Below are positions 9,339-16,613 of a stretch of 61,494 nt of DNA, one piece after another. The stretch is taken from positions 1-61,494 of the forward strand of contig JBAZJG010000010.1 in assembly GCA_041651455.1 (NCBI GenBank), given 5' to 3'. Made by a program: the position numbers and the translations under genes. The DNA is from Candidatus Omnitrophota bacterium. Lineage in GTDB: Bacteria; Omnitrophota; Gorgyraeia; Pluralincolimonadales; Pluralincolimonadaceae. The notes beneath the pieces are model-generated. The model saw nothing but the letters and a program-made list of their open reading frames with translations, was not told the origin of the DNA and did not search any database. Positions within the stretch are counted from its first letter, which is position 1. The number at the start of each line of letters is the position of its first letter.

Positions 9339-11266
9339 CAGAACGGCACTCCCGCGCCGAAATGGAACCTGCCTTCGCGTTTTTCGTTATTTTTATTCAA
9401 CGGATACCCGTAGTCGAGCCGCGCGACGAACCATTTCGCCCTGAACCTTACGCCGACTCCGACGGAATTCTGCAGGTCCTTCGGTATCCTGACTTCGCTC
9501 AGGTGCTCCCAGTTGCCGCCTACATCATAGAAGAGCGCGCCGTTGAACCATCTGTATATCGGGAACCTCGTCTCTATGTTCCCGAGCAGCATTACATTTC
9601 CCCATAACGGCAGGTTGTTCTCGTCGCGCGGGCCGATCGAGCGCGACTTATATCCGCGGACGGTGTCGTCTCCCCCAAGCGTGAACCTTTCGAAGAAAGG
9701 CACGTCGGTGGATTCGCCGTATTCGCCCATCCAGCCGCCCTTCCCCCTGAAGACAAGCGTCAGCTTCGGGTAAGGCGTAGATATATACCACCTGCCCTCT
9801 CCGACGGCCCTCATGAAGTTGTACCCGCCGCCTAACGCTTTCGAGGATATGCCGAAGGACCCGCGGTAATATGAGCCGTCGACGGGATACATGATGTCAT
9901 CGAGCGTATTGCGCTCCCATGTCAGCGCCAGTGTCGAGACGCCGGTCCTGCCCGTGTGGCGCTTGAAATCCTCCGGCGCCCATTCCGCAACATCATGGAC
10001 CTTGACCGTCTCGAAAGAATATTTAAGGAACCCGTGGGTATTCTCCGTGAGGCGGCTGCCGTATATGAGGTTGCCGCCGAATCCTTCCATCTTATACCGG
10101 CCGTCGTCCGAAGCGCGGCCGAATGCCTCGCTGCCGCCGAAATAATCCGTGCCCCAGAGGTTCTTCGCGATAATGCCGGCCTTTCCGCCCCTGTGCCCGC
10201 CGCCGGAATATCCCTGCGCGTCGAATTCCACGCTGTTCGGCAGCATCCCGTGCGACCTCAGCACGAACGACTGTATCGGGACGTCGGGGTAATACGCGAG
10301 GCCTATATCCTTCGCCTTCTCCCTGTCGATGAACTCGGCGTAGAAGAACTGGTAGGTCTTCGTCTTGACGTAGCCCATCTCGAAGAACGATACGAAATGA
10401 CCCGTAGGTATCCATATGAGCTGCGGCTTACCGAGCGCGTGCCACAGCTTCAGCGTGTTCGCGCGGGGTATGCTCGTGTCGAAATGCGCGTTCATCATCA
10501 GGACGGGCTTTCCTTTGATCCTGTCCGCGAAGGTCAGCGGGTCTATCAGTCGGACTTTCTTGTCGAGCTCTTCCGCGGAAGTTATTCCCTCCTCTTCGAG
10601 GCGCTCTTTGAAGAGCCGCGTCGCGAAACCGTTCCATATTATCTCGCCCATCCCGCCGCCGCCTAGCAGTATGACCATCGCGCGGACCCTGTCGTCGACG
10701 CCGGCGAGCACCGGCACCGCGATGCCGCCCAGGCTTATGCCCATAGCGCCTATCTTTTCCCTGTCGGCGCGCGGCCTCGTCTCGATCCAGTCGATGCTGC
10801 GGCGCGCCTCTATGACTATCTGCCTGAAGAGCTGTATGATCGCTTCCTCGCCGTTCTGTTTCAGGTTCTCGGCGAGCCATTTCCTGCCGAAACTGTAATC
10901 CTTCTGGTACGCGGTCTGGACCAGCATCACGCCGACCCCGCTCGACGCGAGCGATCGGCAGAACTCGCCCTCTATCTGCGGTATGCCGCCGGCGATATGG
11001 CTAAGGAATATTATGACCGGATATTTCTCCTGGCCTTTCGGTTCGTAGAAATCGAGGTATACCTTATTGTCGGGATAATCGGACTTGACCGAACACTGGT
11101 AGCTCAGCGAAAAATGGGTATATTCGCCGGTGGCCTCGATGATTTCGGGCTCGCAGGGAGGCGCGCCCTTTTCGTAATCGTAGAAACTCGCCGGGTCCAT
11201 GACGTAATCCTGCGCAAACACGGCGCACGGCAGCGCGAGCAGTATTACCGCCAAGATTTTCTTCAC
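9338..11266 (-). CDS. Secreted alpha/beta-hydrolase fused to a C-terminal Omp85/BamA-type (bacterial surface antigen) beta-barrel
   Basis: Signal peptide KKILAVILLALPCAVFAQD. The hydrolase carries GISLGG (nucleophile elbow), HFDTSIP and PTGHF. The C-terminal ~280 aa has Omp85 barrel blocks (AKNLWGTDYFGG, ERFTLGGDDTVRGY, NIETRFPI, GALFYDVGGNW, GVGVRF, LDYGYPL, terminal F). The probable start is GTG 11266, forming GTGA with the pcm stop. The track start is ATG 11308. Confidence 0.75.
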   Translation of the reverse strand: MKKILAVILLALPCAVFAQDYVMDPASFYDYEKGAPPCEPEIIEATGEYTHFSLSYQCSVKSDYPDNKVYLDFYEPKGQEKYPVIIFLSHIAGGIPQIEGEFCRSLASSGVGVMLVQTAYQKDYSFGRKWLAENLKQNGEEAIIQLFRQIVIEARRSIDWIETRPRADREKIGAMGISLGGIAVPVLAGVDDRVRAMVILLGGGGMGEIIWNGFATRLFKERLEEEGITSAEELDKKVRLIDPLTFADRIKGKPVLMMNAHFDTSIPRANTLKLWHALGKPQLIWIPTGHFVSFFEMGYVKTKTYQFFYAEFIDREKAKDIGLAYYPDVPIQSFVLRSHGMLPNSVEFDAQGYSGGGHRGGKAGIIAKNLWGTDYFGGSEAFGRASDDGRYKMEGFGGNLIYGSRLTENTHGFLKYSFETVKVHDVAEWAPEDFKRHTGRTGVSTLALTWERNTLDDIMYPVDGSYYRGSFGISSKALGGGYNFMRAVGEGRWYISTPYPKLTLVFRGKGGWMGEYGESTDVPFFERFTLGGDDTVRGYKSRSIGPRDENNLPLWGNVMLLGNIETRFPIYRWFNGALFYDVGGNWEHLSEVRIPKDLQNSVGVGVRFRAKWFVARLDYGYPLNKNNEKREGRFHFGAGVPF

Positions 11267-12066
11267 TTGTTCTTTTTCATCCACTTGCCGTCCTTGCTCT
11301 TTACCCATTTCTTACCATCGGGCTCATCCTGGTCCTTCTTCGGGAAACCCAGCGGCTGCTCCCCCGTAGACGGGCCCACAAGCGCGGCGGTCATCTCGTA
11401 ACCGTCCTTGCCCTTTGGCACCTTGGTCATCACTATAAGTTTCTTACCCGCGTATTCGCGCATCGGCATGATCAGCTTACCGTTCATCATGAGCTGGTCG
11501 ACCACTTTCTTTGGCACATAGTCCATCTGGTTCGTTACCACTATTACGCTGAACGGCGCGTGCTCGAGCCATCCGCTCTCGAGGCTTCCCGCTCTTATGT
11601 TGATCCCGCCGTACCCGAGAGACCTTAGCCTTTCACCCGCTTCGGCGGCGAGTTTCTCATAAGGTTCCAGGCAGTATATCTTTCCTGCGAGCTTCGAGAA
11701 GACCGCGGCCTGGTATCCAGCCTCGACGCCTATTATAAGGACCTTATCCCCGGGCCCGAATCCCGCCATCTTCGCGATAAGCGCGGTAAAATATGCCGGC
11801 GGTACCGCCTCGCCGTTACCTACGGGAAGCGATATATCCTCATAGGCGTATTCCCTCATGCCTTCGGGGACGAACTTATGCCTGTCGACGCCTGCTACGG
11901 CGTCGAGTATCTTCGGGTCCTTTATGCCGCGGGACATTACCTGCGTATCCATCATCATTCCGCGTTCGCGCGCGTAATCATCTGCTTGTGCGTAGCACAC
12001 GAAGCGCGTGCAGCACGCGCAGGACAGGAATACTGCGGTGGCCGTCGCGATGACAGAGGTCTTCAA
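11263..12066 (-). CDS. pcm: Protein-L-isoaspartate O-methyltransferase with a hydrophobic N-terminal leader and a Lys-rich C-terminal tail
   Basis: Pcm blocks RGIKDPKILDAVAGVDRHKFVP and a SAM-binding motif VLIIGVEAGYQAAV. The start is uncertain. Candidates are TTG 12066 (gives the leader KTSVIATATAVFLSCAC), GTG 12000 and ATG 11958. The track start TTG 12159 overlaps the M23 gene by 62 nt. Confidence 0.75.
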   Translation of the reverse strand: MKTSVIATATAVFLSCACCTRFVCYAQADDYARERGMMMDTQVMSRGIKDPKILDAVAGVDRHKFVPEGMREYAYEDISLPVGNGEAVPPAYFTALIAKMAGFGPGDKVLIIGVEAGYQAAVFSKLAGKIYCLEPYEKLAAEAGERLRSLGYGGINIRAGSLESGWLEHAPFSVIVVTNQMDYVPKKVVDQLMMNGKLIMPMREYAGKKLIVMTKVPKGKDGYEMTAALVGPSTGEQPLGFPKKDQDEPDGKKWVKSKDGKWMKKNK

Positions 12067-12097
12067 GACAAGTGCCGGGATCGATTTAACGGGTGTT

Positions 12098-12628
12098 TCA
12101 TTTTGTCTGCATATACCCCGCAAGAGGATCGACCGGTTCGCCGTCCACCCACAGCTCAAAATGCAGGTGCGCGACCATGCACGGGTTCCACGCGTTGCCG
12201 GTTTTGCCTACTTCGCCTATTATATCGCCTTTTTTGACCTTTTCGCCGCGCGAGTCGACGAACGTTTTCGAAAGGTGCCCATAGACCGTCCTTGTGCCGT
12301 CGACATGCTGTATCGCGACATATTTGCCCATCCCCTTACTGCTCTTCGAGACGGCGAAGCCAGACTTTCCCGCCCTTACAGGCGTGCCGACGGGAGCCGC
12401 AAGGTCTATGCCGAGATGCAACCTGCCGCCGTTTCGTTTCGCGCCGAATGTGCCGTCGCCGTAATTATCGCTGCGCACCTTCGCTTCGGACATCGCGACC
12501 GGCAGGACGAACTTCGGCTCCATAAGATGGAACAGCGTTATCTGGACCGGCTTATATAACAGGACCACGGCGGCCATCAGCGCCGCCAGGGCCAGGATCA
12601 TTTTTATCTTGAACAGTATACCCCTCAT
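12098..12628 (-). CDS. M23-family (LytM-type) metallopeptidase with an N-terminal membrane anchor
   Basis: Motifs HLGIDLAAPVGTPV, GDIIGEVGKTGNA and HLHFEL. The start ATG 12628 forms ATGA with the upstream stop. Confidence 0.85.
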   Translation of the reverse strand: MRGILFKIKMILALAALMAAVVLLYKPVQITLFHLMEPKFVLPVAMSEAKVRSDNYGDGTFGAKRNGGRLHLGIDLAAPVGTPVRAGKSGFAVSKSSKGMGKYVAIQHVDGTRTVYGHLSKTFVDSRGEKVKKGDIIGEVGKTGNAWNPCMVAHLHFELWVDGEPVDPLAGYMQTK

Positions 12629-13470
12629 CTCTCCCCCGCTCTTTTCAGTACCCACTCCGCTATTCTCCCCATTACCTTATCCCTTTGCGTCTCCCTCAGC
12701 AATTCATGGTACATTCCTTCGTAAAGCGCGAGCTCCTTGTCCTTGACGGGTATCTTCTCGAAAATTTCCCTGACACCGTCCATGTCCACGACCTTGTCGT
12801 CCGTCCCCTGCATGAAGAGCGCGGGGACCTCCAGTTTCCCGATATTCCCGGAGACGAAACGCATCGCCTTAGTCATCTCTATGTATAATCCGAACGATAT
12901 TACGCGCTGCGAAAGCTTGTCTTCCTTCGTATCCTTCATGAGCTGCTTGTCGTGCGTCAGCCACTCGAACGGTATCCTGTTCGGCGTGGTGAGCCGCGGC
13001 ATAAACAGCGCTATGAACTCGACTATGCCCTTCTCTACCCCGCTCGGAGGCGCCTTCAATTTCAGCGCCGGAGCGCTGACGGCGACCCCTTTTATCGCGT
13101 CCTTGCCGGTGCCGTATTTTATCGCGTATTCAAGCGCGAGCAGTCCGCCCATGCTAAGCCCGACTATAAATACCTTGTCGCAGAGCGCCTCAACCTTCGC
13201 GATCCCGACCATCTGCCGGAGGTCGCTCACGTAATCGCCGAAATCCGCGGCGTAGACGCGCCTTCCCTGCGACCTGCCGTGCCCGCGCTGGTCGTACAGG
13301 AACGCGGCGATGCCCGAGGAATAAAGCATCTCGCCGAAATACCCGTATTTCAGTGAATGCTCGCCGAGCCCGTGCGCGAGGACGACGACGGCCTTCGGGT
13401 CACCGGGAATGAACGCCCTGTATATGATATTCTGCGCGTCCTTGTTCTTGAAGGACCCTTCGAATTTCAA
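12625..13470 (-). CDS. Alpha/beta hydrolase (lysophospholipase / monoacylglycerol-lipase-like)
   Basis: Motifs VVLAHGLGEHS, DQRGHGRS, GLSMGG and a C-terminal MYHEL. The start is either TTG 13470 (GGGGG upstream) or TTG 13503. Confidence 0.75.
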   Translation of the reverse strand: MKFEGSFKNKDAQNIIYRAFIPGDPKAVVVLAHGLGEHSLKYGYFGEMLYSSGIAAFLYDQRGHGRSQGRRVYAADFGDYVSDLRQMVGIAKVEALCDKVFIVGLSMGGLLALEYAIKYGTGKDAIKGVAVSAPALKLKAPPSGVEKGIVEFIALFMPRLTTPNRIPFEWLTHDKQLMKDTKEDKLSQRVISFGLYIEMTKAMRFVSGNIGKLEVPALFMQGTDDKVVDMDGVREIFEKIPVKDKELALYEGMYHELLRETQRDKVMGRIAEWVLKRAGER

Positions 13471-13474
13471 GCTC

Positions 13475-15277
13475 TTACCCCCGCGACGAATACATCTCGT
13501 CAAAGACCGCTTTATATTTCTCCGCGACTACCCTGCGTTTCACTTTCAGCGTGGGCGTTATCTCGCCCTCTTCTATCGTCAGGCCCCTGTCGAGAAGCCT
13601 GAACTTCTTGATCTTCTCGTAATTGGCCAGTTCCTTCTGCTTCTCCTCTATCCTCTTCGACAGGAACTCCTGCACGCGAGGGTGCCCGATAAGTTCCGGC
13701 ACCGACATGTACGGTATCCCGAGCCGCAGCGCGAGGCCTTTCATCGCGTTGAAATCCGGCACTATCAGCGCCGTAAGGTACGGCCTGCGGTCGCCGTGGA
13801 CCACAACCTCCTGTATGTATGAATCGCTCTTTATGAGGTTCTCGACGTTCTGGGGTGCTATGTTCTTGCCGCCTGCGGTTATTATTATGTCCTTCTTCCT
13901 GTCGGTGATGTAAAGGAAGCCCTCCGCGTCTAAATACCCTATATCGCCCGTGTGCAGCCAACCCTCGGGGTCTATAGATTCTGCCGTCGCTTTCTCGTTC
14001 TTGTAATAGCCCTTCATGACCGACGGGCCTTTTATGAGTATCTCCCCGTCGGGGGCGGTCTTCACCTCGACGTCCTTTATCGGCCTGCCTACGGAACCGT
14101 ACCTCAGCGAGCGGAACGTATTGACGGTAACTACCGGGGACGTCTCCGTGAGCCCGTACCCCTCGAATATGAATATTCCGACCGAATAGAAGAACTCCGC
14201 CAGTTCTTTCGACAGCGGTGCGCTTCCCGATATAAAGAACCTTATGCGCCCTCCGACGGCCTCGTTTATCCTGCGGAAGACGAATATCTTCGAGAAGTGG
14301 TATTTAAGCCAGAGCGCCGGACCCGTCTCGAGATTGTTCAGCTTCGCTCTCGCGTATTCCTTGGCGGTATCGAGGGCGCGTTCGAGCGCTTTCTGCCTCG
14401 ACGGCGGGCTCTGCGAGGCCTTATCAATTATGCCCGCATGGAGCTTTTCATAGAACCTTGGGGCCGCACAAGCGTAGGTGGGCCGGACCTCTTTCAGGTT
14501 CTTGCTTACCGATTCCATATTCTCCGCGTAGGCGATCGTGCCGCCTATCATCAGCGTAAAATAATAGCTCGCCATCCTCTCGAAGACGTGCGAAAGCGGC
14601 AGGAAAGAAAGGCATATGTCGTTCTCGTTGAACGGCAGGACATCCAATGAAGAGCGGCAGTTGGAAAGGAAATTATCGTGCGTAAGGCAGACGCCTTTCG
14701 CCTGGCCGGTCGTTCCCGAAGTGTATACTATAGAGGCGAGGTCTTCTTTCTTTGACGACTGCAGCCGCGACTCGAAATCCATCCGTGCGTCGGCCGCGGC
14801 GGCGGAGCCCGCTTCCAGGAGGTTCGAAAAGGAGACGACCTCCGGCCTTTTTGCCCTGCCGTCGGGGTCCATGACTATTATCTTCCTGAGTAACGGCAGG
14901 CGCGCGCTGACGGAAAGTATCTTGTCGAGCTGTTCGGCCGTCGAGACGATCGCGATGACCGAATCGGAGTCGCGGATTATGTATTCCATCTGGTGGGGAA
15001 CGTCGGTCGGGTAAAGCGGCACGTCGGCGCACCCGAGCGAAAGGACAGCCAGGTCGGAATATGCCCACTCAGGGCGGTTCTCCGAAAGCAGCGCGACCTT
15101 CTCCCCCGGCTTGAGGCCGAGGGTTATGAGCCCGAAAGCGAGGTCCTTGACCTTGCCCTCGAACTCCGACCAGCTTATGTCGCGGTACCTGCCGCCGCTC
15201 TTGCGCCTGAGGGCGCACCTGCTGCCGTACTTGTTCGCCCTCGCGAAAAACATCAAAGGAATCGTGTCTTCACGCAT
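13475..15277 (-). CDS. fadD: Long-chain fatty acid-CoA ligase (AMP-forming)
   Basis: AMP-binding motifs YTSGTTGQAKGV, GYGLTETS and TGDIG, with KVKR near the C-terminus. Confidence 0.85.
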   Translation of the reverse strand: MREDTIPLMFFARANKYGSRCALRRKSGGRYRDISWSEFEGKVKDLAFGLITLGLKPGEKVALLSENRPEWAYSDLAVLSLGCADVPLYPTDVPHQMEYIIRDSDSVIAIVSTAEQLDKILSVSARLPLLRKIIVMDPDGRAKRPEVVSFSNLLEAGSAAAADARMDFESRLQSSKKEDLASIVYTSGTTGQAKGVCLTHDNFLSNCRSSLDVLPFNENDICLSFLPLSHVFERMASYYFTLMIGGTIAYAENMESVSKNLKEVRPTYACAAPRFYEKLHAGIIDKASQSPPSRQKALERALDTAKEYARAKLNNLETGPALWLKYHFSKIFVFRRINEAVGGRIRFFISGSAPLSKELAEFFYSVGIFIFEGYGLTETSPVVTVNTFRSLRYGSVGRPIKDVEVKTAPDGEILIKGPSVMKGYYKNEKATAESIDPEGWLHTGDIGYLDAEGFLYITDRKKDIIITAGGKNIAPQNVENLIKSDSYIQEVVVHGDRRPYLTALIVPDFNAMKGLALRLGIPYMSVPELIGHPRVQEFLSKRIEEKQKELANYEKIKKFRLLDRGLTIEEGEITPTLKVKRRVVAEKYKAVFDEMYSSRG

Positions 15278-15287
15278 AAGTTTCTCT

Positions 15288-16598
15288 TTAGAACATCACT
15301 TTGCGCGCGCGATTTATCCCTATGGCGAGTTTCAGCAGGTTCACGCTCTTCAGGCCTTTCTTTATAACGGCCATCCTCGACTTGCCTTTAGGCGTCTCGG
15401 ATACGGTGAAGAACTCCTCCGCCAGCTCAACCAGTAATTCCGGATATTCCTTGAAAAATTCGGGATGCTTCAGCGCGAAATTCGATATGCCTTTATATCT
15501 CTTGAGGTCCATCAACACGAATGAGCCCTCGAGCCTCTTACGGTACCCGGCGAGGCCTTTCTCCGAGAAATCGTTGTTCTTCTTCGCTTCTATTATCGTT
15601 TCGGCCGCGGCAAGCCCGGACGCCATCGCGAGGTTCGAGCCCTCGTGGTAGAGCGGGTTCATGTTCACGAAACCTGCGGCATCGCCCGCGATAATGAGCC
15701 CGTCCATCGTGAGCTTCGGCAGGTGGTCGTAACCGAACTCCGGGATCATGTGCGCGGAATATTCGAGCAGTTTCCCGCCTTTAATGTAATGCTTTATCGA
15801 CGGGTGTTCTTTGAAATTTTCTATCAGGTCGTTCGGGGTCAGCTTGTTGTTCTTCAGGTCGTTCGTCGAAACGCCGATACCGAGCGATACCGACTCCTTG
15901 TTCGTGTATAAGAACGCCGAGCCGACGAGTCCCTTGACCGACCCTCCGAAATACTCGAGCGACGCGCCCTCGTCGCCCTCAATGCCGAACCTCTCCTCGA
16001 TGGCCTCTTTAGGCAGGCCTATGACCTCCTTGCAGCAGGTAACCATGTGTTCGGGCACGTGCTTTTCGCGCAGGCCCAATCCCTGCGCCAACAGCGACGT
16101 CACGCCTTCCGCAACGACGACCACGTCGGCGAACAGGTCTCCGTCCTCGAGCCGCGTCTTGACCCCGACGGCCTTCTTGCCCTCGACGATGACCTTGTCG
16201 ACCACGGCCTCGTTGAGTATCATCACGCCGGCTTCCTCGGCCTTACCCGCGTACCACGCGTCGAATTTCCCGCGCAGCACCGAGAACGTGTTGTTATACG
16301 GCGGCTTGTTGAACCTTTCGAACCTCAGACCGAGGCCAACCTCGGAATCGTCCGAAAGGACCGCGAATTTTTTCTGCACTATCCTGCGCTCGACCGGCGC
16401 CTCCGCCCAGAATTCCGGTATCAGTTTGTTCAGTATGGTCGAATAGAGTATTCCTCCCATCACGTTCTTCGAGCCGGGCTTCTCGCCGCGCTCGAGCAGG
16501 ACAACGCTGAGGCCGGCTTTCGCGAGCGCGTACGCGCACGTCGTCCCGGCGGGGCCCGCCCCCACTACTATGCAATCGAATTTCTCACCGCTTGCCAT
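15288..16598 (-). CDS. fixC: FixC-type FAD-dependent oxidoreductase (ETF-quinone oxidoreductase family)
   Basis: The N-terminus FDCIVVGAGPAGTTCAYALAKAG..LLERG..GSKNVMGG and the block VLRGKFDAWY resemble E. coli FixC, recalled from memory. No etfAB or fixX is present in the window. Confidence 0.8.
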   Translation of the reverse strand: MASGEKFDCIVVGAGPAGTTCAYALAKAGLSVVLLERGEKPGSKNVMGGILYSTILNKLIPEFWAEAPVERRIVQKKFAVLSDDSEVGLGLRFERFNKPPYNNTFSVLRGKFDAWYAGKAEEAGVMILNEAVVDKVIVEGKKAVGVKTRLEDGDLFADVVVVAEGVTSLLAQGLGLREKHVPEHMVTCCKEVIGLPKEAIEERFGIEGDEGASLEYFGGSVKGLVGSAFLYTNKESVSLGIGVSTNDLKNNKLTPNDLIENFKEHPSIKHYIKGGKLLEYSAHMIPEFGYDHLPKLTMDGLIIAGDAAGFVNMNPLYHEGSNLAMASGLAAAETIIEAKKNNDFSEKGLAGYRKRLEGSFVLMDLKRYKGISNFALKHPEFFKEYPELLVELAEEFFTVSETPKGKSRMAVIKKGLKSVNLLKLAIGINRARKVMF

Positions 16599-16613
16599 TA
16601 TGGCTCTCCTTTA

